Virus record (IMG/VR): IMGVR_UViG_3300010376_000040
Coordinates: 1 to 54,597 of that record
Reading direction: 5' to 3' (one strand)
Origin: a virus
Lineage: Duplodnaviria > Caudoviricetes
DNA: 54,597 nucleotides
Position 1 is the stretch's first letter. Every line of letters starts with the position of its first letter. This document shows, piece by piece, positions 19,143 through 28,543 of this stretch. A program made the position numbers and the translations under genes. The notes below the pieces were generated by a model. The model did not search any database, had not been told where the DNA came from, and saw only the letters and a program-made list of their open reading frames with translations.

Positions 19143-20411
19143 TTAGGCCCTTCCTACATTCCTCAGTCCCATTCCAATCTCTGGATGCACATTGAAGGTT
19201 GCAAAGCTTTGATCAGCCACACTATAAGTGGTGCTGCCAACAAGCACGGAGATAGCTCCGCCTGAGAAGTTTCCAATTTCATAAATGCCTGGATCAAATC
19301 CAGCAAAAGTGAAGAAGCTTCCACCCCCATATAGGTCTGTTGTATTATTATACCCTCTAATCTTCCTGGTTAAGACATTCCGAACAAAAATCGGCCTCTG
19401 AGAAGTAGGAGATGGGAAGACTTGTGGAACAAATCCTGCTGCAATCTGCGTTTGAAGGGAATTGAGTGCCACTGTAGCCCAGACAGCAAATTCTTGAATA
19501 TACCCATCTAACGGAGCTGTAGGACCAGCTGTAGCCCCAAGACGTACAGTGTTAATTCCAATAGGCAATGAACCTGTTGCCTGATTAATAATCACAAGCC
19601 CATTAGTTGAACCAAATTGTACTCCAGCTGTACATGAAATAGCGAATTGATTAAACCCTTGGCTATAAATCCTTCCAAAGTTACTAATAGAAGTCTGCAC
19701 TCCTCCGCTCACAGTAAACATAGCCCCAATGGAACTATTAGGATTGCGTAAAGTTGCAACCCTATTATTAGCGGTCCCGTCATCAAGCTCACCAGGGTAT
19801 TGTGTCTGATTATATCCAACAGGCATATTAAAGAATACATTAGCTGCAATAGAATAAGCCGTACCAAATACAGGTGGAGTAGTAAGAACAATACCATCTA
19901 CATTCCTTGTTATCACTGACCCAGCATTAATGATTAAAGAGGTAGGATATGTTCCCGCTTCCAATTGAAAAGCATTCAAACTACCAGCCACTGTCACAAC
20001 AACAGTGCCACTTCCTGTTAGGGTAAAGAAATTAGGATTACCATTAGTCGCAACTCCAAAACCAGTCCCCGTCGCTGTTCCAGCCGAACTTGTAGCACTT
20101 CCTGTTCCATTCACCCAAAGTACATACGCACCAGTGGACAAAATCGCTGTCGTCTGAGTAACTGGTGCATTACTATTCAGTAATCTATTAATCTTAGACT
20201 CTTCAGCAAGCAATCCCTTACCAGGAGTTATTCTCGGCACATTCGCTGCAAAAGTATTATAAGCTGCCCCAGGAGCAGCATTAAATAGTAAATCAGTCGA
20301 TCCTGCATTTGCCCTTGTAGTGGTCAAGAAACTTGACGGAGCCCCAACGACCCCTGTATAGACCCCATTAACAAAATCGAGATCAATATCAGGACTGAAA
20401 GGGAAACTCAC
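19143..20411 (-). CDS. Virion fibre/spike protein with lectin (ConA/LamG)-like module, paralogue B
   Basis: DIDLDFVNG, TTTRA, PRIT..GLL.EE, QLEAG.YPTS.I. ORF track start 20447; GTG 20411 overlaps the upstream TGA and has an SD. Confidence 0.7.
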   Translation of the reverse strand: MSFPFSPDIDLDFVNGVYTGVVGAPSSFLTTTRANAGSTDLLFNAAPGAAYNTFAANVPRITPGKGLLAEESKINRLLNSNAPVTQTTAILSTGAYVLWVNGTGSATSSAGTATGTGFGVATNGNPNFFTLTGSGTVVVTVAGSLNAFQLEAGTYPTSLIINAGSVITRNVDGIVLTTPPVFGTAYSIAANVFFNMPVGYNQTQYPGELDDGTANNRVATLRNPNSSIGAMFTVSGGVQTSISNFGRIYSQGFNQFAISCTAGVQFGSTNGLVIINQATGSLPIGINTVRLGATAGPTAPLDGYIQEFAVWATVALNSLQTQIAAGFVPQVFPSPTSQRPIFVRNVLTRKIRGYNNTTDLYGGGSFFTFAGFDPGIYEIGNFSGGAISVLVGSTTYSVADQSFATFNVHPEIGMGLRNVGRA

Positions 20412-21946
20412 AACTGGTTCCTTCCTATCCAGGGATATTGTTGCCACCTCAAACTAGGACCAATATCCGGATGCACAGTATAAGTTTCAATGGTATTATT
20501 AGGCAAACTATAAAGATTTGAGCCAATTGCAATGGAGATAGCCCCTCCAGAAAAGTTTCCAATCTCATAAATCCCAGGGTCAAATCCAATAAACGCAAAA
20601 TTGCTCCCTCCTGCATACAAGTCTGTTGTACTACTATACCCTCTTATTTGCCCAGTTAAAGTGTTCTGCACATAAATTGGCCTCTGAGAAGTCGGTCCAA
20701 CAAAGGACTGTGGAACAAATCCACCTACAATTTTCTGCTGTAATGAATTGAGTGCAACATTAGCCCAAATACCCACATGCTGAACCAATCCATTAAGGGC
20801 TCCAGCATTAAACGAGCTTCCAATAATAGTCCTTGACAGCCCAGCAGGAAAAGCACCAAAAGTATATCCACCCTCAATACCATTTACTGAACCAACTTGC
20901 TGCCCACCATTCATATTAGTATTAGATATTCCAATAGTATAAGGTGTATTAATATTCATAACAAATGAAGTGCTATTAAAAGTAACTACACTGGCAGCAG
21001 TAGAGAAGAATGCATAACGACCAACACCAGCCCTTTCTGCCCCCATCCTATTGTTACTAGTACTATCATCTATAGTAAGTGGAACCTGTGTTGCAGCAGC
21101 ATTAGGTGGGCCAAAATAAATCGCAGTATTCACAAGTGTAATATTGTTTCCGTAAGTAGGTGGAGTAGTAAGAACAATATTATCAATAGCTCTGATCACA
21201 GCTGCACTAGTAGTCCTAATTGGGCTTGTAGCCCAACCTCCCTTCTCCATCTGCGGCCAACCAACCCTCCACGTAACATCAACTGCAGCTCCATTATTGC
21301 ATTGGAACTTCAGTCTAGGTTGGAGGTTAGTTAGCCCTACTAAAGTCTGAGTAATAGTAAGACTAAATCGGGCGAAAGCAGAACTAATTTGAGAAAGTAT
21401 GTTTGGACCATTCTGATCCGCATTTCCAGGAATTGAAACCTGATCTAATTGCACCGACGTTATATTACTAAGAGAGCCTCCAGAGACTCCCAAGAACACG
21501 CTCTCCGTCCATACATCATTCTGAGCAGCAGCGATAGCACTTGTATTCTCAAATAATGCAATGTATCCACTAGTAGACGCAGTAGTTCCAAATAACCTCA
21601 AATCAATGTAGTCAATTCCATTGACCGTTCCAATACCAACAACCTGCTGACTCAAACCTGCAAGACCAATAGACCAATTTGTTGGCAGAGTCCCTGGTGT
21701 GCCAACAACCGCTCCTTGCATTGAGTTGTTTCTTATTGAATTGGTGCGTGCCTCCTCAACCAGCAATCCCAGATTGGTAATGCGGGGCGTGTTTGCAGCA
21801 AAGCTTGCCCAATTACCGCTAGCATCAACAGCATAAGCTGTTCCAGCTCTAGTTGTAGTCAAGAAGGAAGTTGGAGGGCCAACAACCCCACTATAGACTC
21901 CATTTACAAAGTCTAAATCAATATCAGGATTGAAGGGATAGGTCAT
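20408..21946 (-). CDS. Virion fibre/spike protein with lectin-like module, paralogue A
   Basis: DIDLDFVNG, TTTRAG, PRITNLGLLVEEARTN, QMEKG..ATSPI.T. Confidence 0.7.
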   Translation of the reverse strand: MTYPFNPDIDLDFVNGVYSGVVGPPTSFLTTTRAGTAYAVDASGNWASFAANTPRITNLGLLVEEARTNSIRNNSMQGAVVGTPGTLPTNWSIGLAGLSQQVVGIGTVNGIDYIDLRLFGTTASTSGYIALFENTSAIAAAQNDVWTESVFLGVSGGSLSNITSVQLDQVSIPGNADQNGPNILSQISSAFARFSLTITQTLVGLTNLQPRLKFQCNNGAAVDVTWRVGWPQMEKGGWATSPIRTTSAAVIRAIDNIVLTTPPTYGNNITLVNTAIYFGPPNAAATQVPLTIDDSTSNNRMGAERAGVGRYAFFSTAASVVTFNSTSFVMNINTPYTIGISNTNMNGGQQVGSVNGIEGGYTFGAFPAGLSRTIIGSSFNAGALNGLVQHVGIWANVALNSLQQKIVGGFVPQSFVGPTSQRPIYVQNTLTGQIRGYSSTTDLYAGGSNFAFIGFDPGIYEIGNFSGGAISIAIGSNLYSLPNNTIETYTVHPDIGPSLRWQQYPWIGRNQL

Positions 21947-21985
21947 GATTGCTCATCCAGACATTGGTACTCCCACCTCCCTAGG

Positions 21986-22432
21986 CTAACCTAGAGAAAC
22001 AACCTTCCATGTTGCAACTGTCGGGTTGAAAGTCCTACTCACACAGACCAACCTGGCAATCTGCCCTGCAGGCACACTCAACGATGCAGCTGGTGTCGTT
22101 GAATTAAGCGGAATAATCTGATCTGCTCCATTCCCATAGAGAGTCAGAGCACTCGCTCCCATATTAACCTCGGTCTTTTGTTGTCCTGGCAACCCTTGTG
22201 GGAGCAATGCTCCTGTACCAGCAGCAACCGTAGTGAACACATCTACATTTGGATAGCCAAGTACAGCGGCAGTTGCCTGATTTGTTCCCAACGCTGTAAT
22301 ACTTGTATTGGCACCCAACAAGCTTCGGAAAAGCTGATAAACCTCCTCTGCATCAATCAGCCGAAATCCCGGTGTCTTCAGTGAAGGAGCAATATCAAGC
22401 AAGATTTGCGGAGGCGAAGAAGCGTCCATCAT
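21986..22432 (-). CDS. Small structural protein, paralogue of 22483-22902
   Basis: ITA.G..QA.A..L, LLP...PG, VN.GA.AL.LYG shared with the neighbour; ATG 22432 has a GGAG SD. Confidence 0.6.
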   Translation of the reverse strand: MMDASSPPQILLDIAPSLKTPGFRLIDAEEVYQLFRSLLGANTSITALGTNQATAAVLGYPNVDVFTTVAAGTGALLPQGLPGQQKTEVNMGASALTLYGNGADQIIPLNSTTPAASLSVPAGQIARLVCVSRTFNPTVATWKVVSLG

Positions 22433-22482
22433 ACTCTCCCCAGCTGCTTTGCAACTGTTCTCGAAATAACAAGGACCTTCAA

Positions 22483-22902
22483 TCAGGTCAGAGCTTTGAA
22501 CTGCCATTGCGCCGGAGTGATACCATTGGTTGGACCACCTTGCCCAACCATGCAGAAGAATATACCAACTGCCAAGCTGGGAAGACTCACCCCTGCAGTC
22601 CCCTGAGTCGCGCTATTACTCGGGGCAATTGTATCCGTAACAGCATCGCCTGGTGCCGTGCTCTGGAACCCAAACACCTGACATGCATTGGCTCCATGAT
22701 TGATAACATAGATGATCGCGCCAGAGTACCCAGGAGGCAACATCACGCTATCATTCGCCGATGTCACTGTCACGATAGTATTCAGCCATGCATTCAACTG
22801 CGTAGCGTTGGCATTGCCGCCACCAGCATGAGCAATGATACCAAACTGAGCATTAAAGCCAGGAATGCCCGAAGGATTTGGAGCACCAGGTCCTGCTACC
22901 AT
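22483..22902 (-). CDS. Small structural (decoration-like) protein
   Basis: IIAHAGGG..NATQL, DSVMLP, VINHGANACQVFG. Confidence 0.6.
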   Translation of the reverse strand: MVAGPGAPNPSGIPGFNAQFGIIAHAGGGNANATQLNAWLNTIVTVTSANDSVMLPPGYSGAIIYVINHGANACQVFGFQSTAPGDAVTDTIAPSNSATQGTAGVSLPSLAVGIFFCMVGQGGPTNGITPAQWQFKALT

Positions 22903-22923
22903 CTCACTCTCCCATATGAGGGC

Positions 22924-23775
22924 CTAATAAGGCCGATCTGAGAAGATATTGTAAAGCCCTCTCCTCCGAATACTATTGGGCATTCTAAGCCGTGTGATCT
23001 GTGCATTCCCACTCCGTAGCACAGCCAAACTATCCTTTGCCATCCCAGGCAATGGGTCCCCAGGGTAAGTCCCCAATCTATATTTTGGCCTCAACCTAAT
23101 AGCTAAATTTATCATCAGTGCATTGTAATATTCCCAAGGCAACTCAATCAAATCAGATGGTGTCAAGAACTGCACCTGCAACTGTGCATAGAATGTTGCA
23201 TGAATTTCATAAATAAAAGGCTGCGGAAGTGGCCAGACATATAGCAAACTCTGAGGCCATTGCGTATCCAAGAACGCTGCCTCACCCGGTCCAGCCATCA
23301 AACTCTTCAAGGTAATTCTATTATAATCCTCCTTGCTATCCAAGATCTCCAACCAATAATCAATCTGATTACCAGATGGCCCTGGCTGCAAGTCCCACCT
23401 TGAAGCTCCACCATCCCAAACACTTGCCCCACTATCCCAAATGCTCTCCAAGTTCGGTCCAGGCGCGCTCCCCAACTGCCTAACAAAGCAACTACTCAGC
23501 CTTGCTGGCCGCATACTCTTTGGACCAGTATCAAAATCACCCCCAGGACCAACAGTGTAATAAGGAGCGCCAGTGCTAACCTTACTAATAGTAACCAAAT
23601 AATACACCAACCATCTCTTCCTCTCCCATTGCATCAGCATCCATTGTAATCTAGCCCAAGCATCATTGATATCTTCGGCGAGAGGCGTTTGGCCTACACC
23701 AATCGCCCCGCACTCCTTCAAAGACGCCTTACAGATGTCCCCCATAGTCGTATTTTGTGGTTCCAGATAAGACAT
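22924..23775 (-). CDS. Head-to-tail adaptor, P22 gp4-like
   Basis: T.GDI...SLKE.G.IG.GQTP.AED..DA..RL..ML..W; LYVWP.P; LP.EY..AL..NLA.RL.P.Y. Confidence 0.75.
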   Translation of the reverse strand: MSYLEPQNTTMGDICKASLKECGAIGVGQTPLAEDINDAWARLQWMLMQWERKRWLVYYLVTISKVSTGAPYYTVGPGGDFDTGPKSMRPARLSSCFVRQLGSAPGPNLESIWDSGASVWDGGASRWDLQPGPSGNQIDYWLEILDSKEDYNRITLKSLMAGPGEAAFLDTQWPQSLLYVWPLPQPFIYEIHATFYAQLQVQFLTPSDLIELPWEYYNALMINLAIRLRPKYRLGTYPGDPLPGMAKDSLAVLRSGNAQITRLRMPNSIRRRGLYNIFSDRPY

Positions 23776-23796
23776 GCTTTGCAGCCCTATGCAGCC

Positions 23797-24282
23797 CTAT
23801 GCAGCCGTCTCAATCTGAATAGATGGCCTCCTGGGCTCGAACTTAGCATCCTCATCCGGCGGTGGCTTTGGAGCCGCCTTGGCCAAGGCCAATTCCCTCT
23901 GCAACCTATCGATCTGTGCTTGCAAGTCTGCCTCTCTATTGAGGGCAACAACCTGTGGCATCTCCTTACCAGCTGCTTGCATTGCCTTCGCGGGATGATC
24001 ATGCCATCCAGCCTCCCGCAATGCAATCTCTTCATCCCGGTCATTTGCAACACGCATGACCAGTTCTTTCTGCTCTCCCACTCGTTCTGGCCCCATTGGA
24101 GTCGCAATAATCTCTGCTCTTTGAGTCACTCTCTCTCTACCCTCTGGATGATACATCATCTTCGGGTATTCCTGCGGCCCTTTATACATAGGGCTATAAG
24201 CATTCGCGGGGTTGTCATCAAACACCCCCTGACTCTCCATCACATCGTAGATGGTGAACCTGGTCTTCCTTGAATTGGCCAT
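23797..24282 (-). CDS. Conserved head-module hypothetical protein
   Basis: QEYPKMMYHP and EE.AL...GW.DHP motifs; AAGGAG SD. Confidence 0.65.
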   Translation of the reverse strand: MANSRKTRFTIYDVMESQGVFDDNPANAYSPMYKGPQEYPKMMYHPEGRERVTQRAEIIATPMGPERVGEQKELVMRVANDRDEEIALREAGWHDHPAKAMQAAGKEMPQVVALNREADLQAQIDRLQRELALAKAAPKPPPDEDAKFEPRRPSIQIETAA

Positions 24283-24304
24283 CTTACTCTCCTTCTATCT
24301 ATAC

Positions 24305-24787
24305 CTATCTTCTCTGGCTCGTCGCACCAACTTCGAGGTTTGCCACCTGTATAGCATTACTTGGTGGAGCAGTTACACTACCCGCTGCATTTGTCGCCGT
24401 CACAATACAATCCACCGCCTTATTACTCTCACTATTACTCAACAAATAAGTACTACCTGTCGCTCCATTGATTGCATTCCCACCAGCCCGCCATTGATAA
24501 GCATAACTGGTCGGCTCATTATCCCAATTCCCTTGTGTACAAGCAAGTGTCTCTCCAACCTTCCCATTGCCACTCACATAAGGCGTATCAATCAAACTTG
24601 GGGGTATCGGAGCAGCTGTCGGAACAAATACCAAACTTATTTGAGGCACCGAAGCATCACTGGAATGAAAAATCCAGTTTCTATAAATCCAACCACCTGG
24701 TACAGATGTCCTCTCCATCATACCCAGATCAGTATGAAACACCTCTTCCCATGGAGCACTAGATTTCCCTTCAAATCTCCCTAGCAT
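24305..24787 (-). CDS. Ig-like domain protein (capsid decoration candidate)
   Basis: P.VSG..KVGETL.C..G.W...PTSYAYQW...I.GATGSTY......VTATNAAGS. Confidence 0.7.
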   Translation of the reverse strand: MLGRFEGKSSAPWEEVFHTDLGMMERTSVPGGWIYRNWIFHSSDASVPQISLVFVPTAAPIPPSLIDTPYVSGNGKVGETLACTQGNWDNEPTSYAYQWRAGGNAINGATGSTYLLSNSESNKAVDCIVTATNAAGSVTAPPSNAIQVANLEVGATSQRR

Positions 24788-25283
24788 TCCTCTTCTCCGC
24801 AGCTATGCTTCCCCAGGCTCCGTTTCTTGCAGCATATTCCCTTCTTGTTTCTTCAATAAATTGTCTTTTGACAATCTCTCTTGCTCTATCCTCTTCTTCT
24901 CTCGTAACCCTTTCAGCAATCGCCTCAAGCGTGTTCTGGATTGGTACTGCTGGTAGCGTTCGAGTAAAAATTCCGCCTCTTTGATTTTGTTTCGTGAGCC
25001 CCGCAGCATATCTCGCCTCTTCCATAGTCGGATACCAATCAGGCCCCGCCTCTTTCACATCCTCCTCACAATGAAAGTCCTTTGCCCCCTGATAAATATG
25101 GAACCAGACCTGAGGCCATTCCGGCTGTGGTGGCGCTTCATACCCTTCTTCTACATGCAGAGGATGACCCAAGCTATTCAAAATAATTAGGGCCTCCTCA
25201 ACCTGCTTCAACGCTGTCAAGCACTTATGCTGATTTTGAAGGTGGTGGGGCCAATCCTTCAATATTCGCTGCCTCCAATTCAT
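24771..25283 (-). CDS. Hypothetical protein
   Basis: 170-aa ORF, GAGG SD. Confidence 0.6.
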   Translation of the reverse strand: MNWRQRILKDWPHHLQNQHKCLTALKQVEEALIILNSLGHPLHVEEGYEAPPQPEWPQVWFHIYQGAKDFHCEEDVKEAGPDWYPTMEEARYAAGLTKQNQRGGIFTRTLPAVPIQNTLEAIAERVTREEEDRAREIVKRQFIEETRREYAARNGAWGSIAAEKRNAREI

Positions 25284-25331
25284 ACTATTTCCTCTATAAA
25301 ATTGGTACTCTCACCGCACTTGGGGAACACA

Positions 25332-25349
25332 CACCCTTTGATGGTCAAA
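25332..25349 (-). repeat. 18-bp junction motif, copy 2 (TTTGACCATCAAAGGGTG)
   Basis: About 10 bp downstream of the 25360 stop; one mismatch. Confidence 0.9.
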
Positions 25350-25359
25350 ATTCCAAAAT

Positions 25360-25569
25360 CTAGCTGATCCAACCTCTTCCGTCTCGGATAGCATGTATCT
25401 GTCTCAAAACCTCCGGAGTAAAAGTTACATGCTCACTTTTAGAAGGATCAAAGTTTAGTTCCTCTCGTGGGATGTTAGGGTCAATGATAAGCATTGCACG
25501 ATCATATGCTAATGCCGCATCAACGGGATTGTCGAAGTAGCCTAGGTTGAATTGATCATCTTCCTGCAT
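25360..25569 (-). CDS. Partial AP2-domain protein
   Basis: NLGYFDNPVDAALAYDRA...LNF is the C-terminal half of an AP2 domain. Confidence 0.6.
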   Translation of the reverse strand: MQEDDQFNLGYFDNPVDAALAYDRAMLIIDPNIPREELNFDPSKSEHVTFTPEVLRQIHAIRDGRGWIS

Positions 25570-26107
25570 TGGTCAAAGCCTTATCTAGTGCCTCGATTTC
25601 TGCATCGGTCATATAATCAGCAAATTCACCCCATGCTTCAACCGCCGCGTTCCGATACGCTTTGGCAGCTTCTACTCGAGTTGCAAATCGCCCTAAGAAT
25701 TTGTCCTTACCATTTACAGTTATCTTAGCAGCCCATTGACCTCGAGATTTCTGCCAGGTCACACCTTTAAACCCAGAAGTGTTGGTCGACCACCAAGCAT
25801 TTGCCTGATTTAAACTGTTTGTTGCAAGACGTAGATTCTCTATTCTATCATCACCTCTTATTTTGTTTATGTGGTCCACAAAATAAGCTGGATCGTCACC
25901 ATTTACCATAAACCAGGCAAGACGCGCAGCTCGATAATCGAGTCCCTCTAACTGGATATACCTATATCCATTAGCATAAATCGAACCAGCACGATCGCCT
26001 GCATAATGTCCATGTCCGGAGGTTTTCCAAAGAAACTCTCCGTTATATGGATTATATTCCAAGTAATCGTGTATCCAATCACCGAGCGTGCGCGTGATGT
26101 CTGCCAT
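25556..26107 (-). mobile_element. HNH-AP2 homing endonuclease gene
   Basis: VDHINK.RGDDRIENLRLAT...N..N (HNH); NTSGFKGV, W.AKI, LGRF....EAAKAY (AP2). Confidence 0.9.
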
Positions 26108-26131
26108 TTACGCCTCCATCTGAAGACGTTT

Positions 26132-26160
26132 ATTATATCACACTATATTTCCCATGTCAA
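26132..26160 (-). promoter_or_regulatory. Perfect sigma70 promoter TTGACA-N17-TATAAT (with TGn) for the HNH gene
   Basis: Reverse strand reads TTGACAtgggaaatatagtgtgaTATAAT. Confidence 0.85.
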
Positions 26161-26171
26161 CCCCCAATCAA

Positions 26172-27404
26172 TTACTGGTATACCTGATCAGCCACTATAC
26201 AAGCCCACTCGGGCCTTATCCACAAATATCCATACAGCACATCCAATCGTGTTATGAGCTGGTCTGTTCCGATAAAGTAGTCGGTGACCATTCGCATGGA
26301 CACGCCATCGAACTCTTCTCGTGCAGCTTCATGGACATTCCTTGGCATTTCCAGATCGGCTGTGGCCAAGGTGACTGCTTCTGGGGCATAAGCAAAATTC
26401 TTCGTGTATTGAGTTGAAGCCGCTAGCCCCAGAGCTGGATTAACCGGGGCATTGTTCGCTGGGCTCACATCAACAGTTTGATATTGCTGCGGAATACCCG
26501 GTGCCAGCTGCGGCACAATCGCTGGATAGATCGGAATGCTTGTCGCACCAGCAGGGACATTCGCTGTCACTGCAAAGGACCGAAGCCTTCCATAACTTTG
26601 CTTCGTGACCCTATTAACAGCATGCACCCCACCAATAGTAATGATATCCCCCATATTAAGCCCATTGGCAAGCGCATTCACCGTCAAACTCAAACCTGTT
26701 TGCCCGCCTCCATTGACCGTCGCGCTTCCTTGCGCCAGTGCTCCATTGGTATGAGTGATCACGGTCTGATCAGCCATCCAAATAAAGCCCAGTGCATCAT
26801 ACATGCGCCCAGTCACATATTGCCTTGAGATCTCCGGCGCTGGGTTCAACAACCCACTCAGGCTAGAAACAACACTCGCTTCCGTATCCGGGCTGTTCAC
26901 AATCTTCCAGTTCGCCACAGGGCTCGAGTTGTTTCTCAGAGTCGCTCCCGCCCGCAAGTACGTACTTGCAATCGGTGCAATAACATTACTGCTTGCATCC
27001 AGATTAGCAGTGATATTACAAATCCCGCCTTCACCACCGCCAATCAGGTCAACAGCAACCTGGCCAGCCAAATTATTAACCATAGGAGCAAGAATACGAC
27101 GACTATAATCATCCAATGCCATGGTCCTGTCGGCAAGGCTAAATGCCACATCCACATGCTTCTGGGTGGCAAGGACAAGGGTTGTGGACTGCTCTGCAGT
27201 ATCCTGCACATTAAGTGCAGGTCCAGTCGTAACGGTGAAATCGTTGGGGAGCCGAATACGCAGACTCGACCCGATTTTGGCCCCTGTGACAGCAAAGCTG
27301 TCGTCATACTGCATATCCACATTTTGAAGGAATGCATTGCTGTTCTTCCACAGCCGAACTGCTTCCCGAGTGATCATATTGATGGTAAGAAGTTGGTTTG
27401 GCAC
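26172..27404 (-). CDS. Major capsid protein, P22 coat protein family
   Basis: N.LLT..MITREA, YDDSFA..GAKIG.SLRIRLP, RLDVLYG...IRPEWAC; GTG 27404 follows a GGAGG SD. Confidence 0.92.
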   Translation of the reverse strand: MPNQLLTINMITREAVRLWKNSNAFLQNVDMQYDDSFAVTGAKIGSSLRIRLPNDFTVTTGPALNVQDTAEQSTTLVLATQKHVDVAFSLADRTMALDDYSRRILAPMVNNLAGQVAVDLIGGGEGGICNITANLDASSNVIAPIASTYLRAGATLRNNSSPVANWKIVNSPDTEASVVSSLSGLLNPAPEISRQYVTGRMYDALGFIWMADQTVITHTNGALAQGSATVNGGGQTGLSLTVNALANGLNMGDIITIGGVHAVNRVTKQSYGRLRSFAVTANVPAGATSIPIYPAIVPQLAPGIPQQYQTVDVSPANNAPVNPALGLAASTQYTKNFAYAPEAVTLATADLEMPRNVHEAAREEFDGVSMRMVTDYFIGTDQLITRLDVLYGYLWIRPEWACIVADQVYQ

Positions 27405-27546
27405 CCTAGCCTCCAATGTTGAACGGTTGCATCAATTCCCGACTTTGCAACCGTCGGAGGGTGAACATCGGGCAAGCCCCGAGTGCCAAACACCAGTCAT
27501 CAGGAGGACTGGGACTCACACCGCATTCAAGCCTGCGGGAAGCCTA
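27405..27546 (-). promoter_or_regulatory. Structured RNA leader of the coat gene (three hairpins plus H-type pseudoknot/anti-SD)
   Basis: Complementary segments read directly from the sequence; see findings. Confidence 0.55.
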
Positions 27547-28452
27547 TCATCTAATACCTCGAGCAATAACCTGCTCGTTTCTACTTTTCATCCATTCTTC
27601 AGTACTCAACTGATCCGAACCTGGATCATCCGGGCTCAAACTAGTCCTCTGATTTTGCCCACTGCTTGCAGCCGGATTAATAGGCCTTGGAGCATGACTC
27701 AACGCCTGAACCGGCCTCGCTGCCATCCTTGTCAGCTCAACCACCATCCGTGTTGGATTGAGACTAAGTATCCTTGACGCTTCATTGAGGTCATTGCCCA
27801 GGGCATGAATGATCTTGCTTGCTTCCCCTGTTTCCAGCGCCGCATTCAAGAAGCCATTATAAGCCTGCACTCCCTGCGGATCATTCGAGTCAACCAGCCC
27901 AACCAGCCTCCCAACCGCACTATCAAAATCGTTATAAGTCCTTCTACCAACCTCTGCTACTTCATTGCATCGTCTTGTAAACTCTTGATTAGCGGCAAGG
28001 ATATGAGCCCTTTCCTCAATCTGCTGATTAATAGTTGCTTGATCAGGCGGCCCTTGATACCCAGCAGGCTGTTGAAACTGCCCATTGGGAGCCCGGGCAG
28101 CTTGCTGCCCATTAGGAGCTTGCTCACCTGCCAACTGCGCCTTCAATCTCTCATTCTCAGCCCTTAATTCTCTGCCTCTTGCAGTCAGTTCACCAATTCG
28201 CCGATCTCTCCAATCAACCCGAGGTGGTTCTTGCTGTTGCTGTCCGCCTTGGCTTCCTTCTCCACTCGTCTGCCCACCAGCCTGACCATCAGAGGGTGCA
28301 GGAGCCGGACCTCCCTGGGGGCCAGGAGGTGTTTGATCAGCAGCCGAAGGACTACCCTGAGGGGTCTGCGACTGTTGCTCCGGCTCCTGCATTCCACCAG
28401 CACCGCCTTGGCCCGGTACTGATCCCTCGCCCTGTCCTTGTGATCCTGCCAT
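27547..28452 (-). CDS. Scaffolding protein
   Basis: Q/G/P-rich N-terminus, RRIGELT coiled coil, S.APRPI.P, LSTEEW...RN C-terminus; directly upstream of coat. Confidence 0.8.
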   Translation of the reverse strand: MAGSQGQGEGSVPGQGGAGGMQEPEQQSQTPQGSPSAADQTPPGPQGGPAPAPSDGQAGGQTSGEGSQGGQQQQEPPRVDWRDRRIGELTARGRELRAENERLKAQLAGEQAPNGQQAARAPNGQFQQPAGYQGPPDQATINQQIEERAHILAANQEFTRRCNEVAEVGRRTYNDFDSAVGRLVGLVDSNDPQGVQAYNGFLNAALETGEASKIIHALGNDLNEASRILSLNPTRMVVELTRMAARPVQALSHAPRPINPAASSGQNQRTSLSPDDPGSDQLSTEEWMKSRNEQVIARGIR

Positions 28453-28482
28453 GTCGCGCCCCCGCGATTAATGCCAACGAGT

Positions 28483-28511
28483 AGCCTGGCACAAACCTGT
28501 GTGTATGTCAA
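28483..28511 (-). promoter_or_regulatory. Putative promoter TTGACA-N17-CAGGCT upstream of scaffold/coat
   Basis: Perfect -35; weak -10 with TGn extension. Confidence 0.4.
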
Positions 28512-28543
28512 GTGGTGTCATACCAATTCGGCGAAATGGTGGG

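Noticed and set aside
19143-21946. Diversity-generating retroelement or invertase shufflon acting on the fibre genes
   Set aside because: No reverse transcriptase, no adenine-specific TR/VR pair and no recombinase in the window.
27495-27505. Hammerhead ribozyme (CUGAUGA on the minus strand)
   Set aside because: No downstream GAAA core or compatible stems; the heptamer lies within a simple hairpin.
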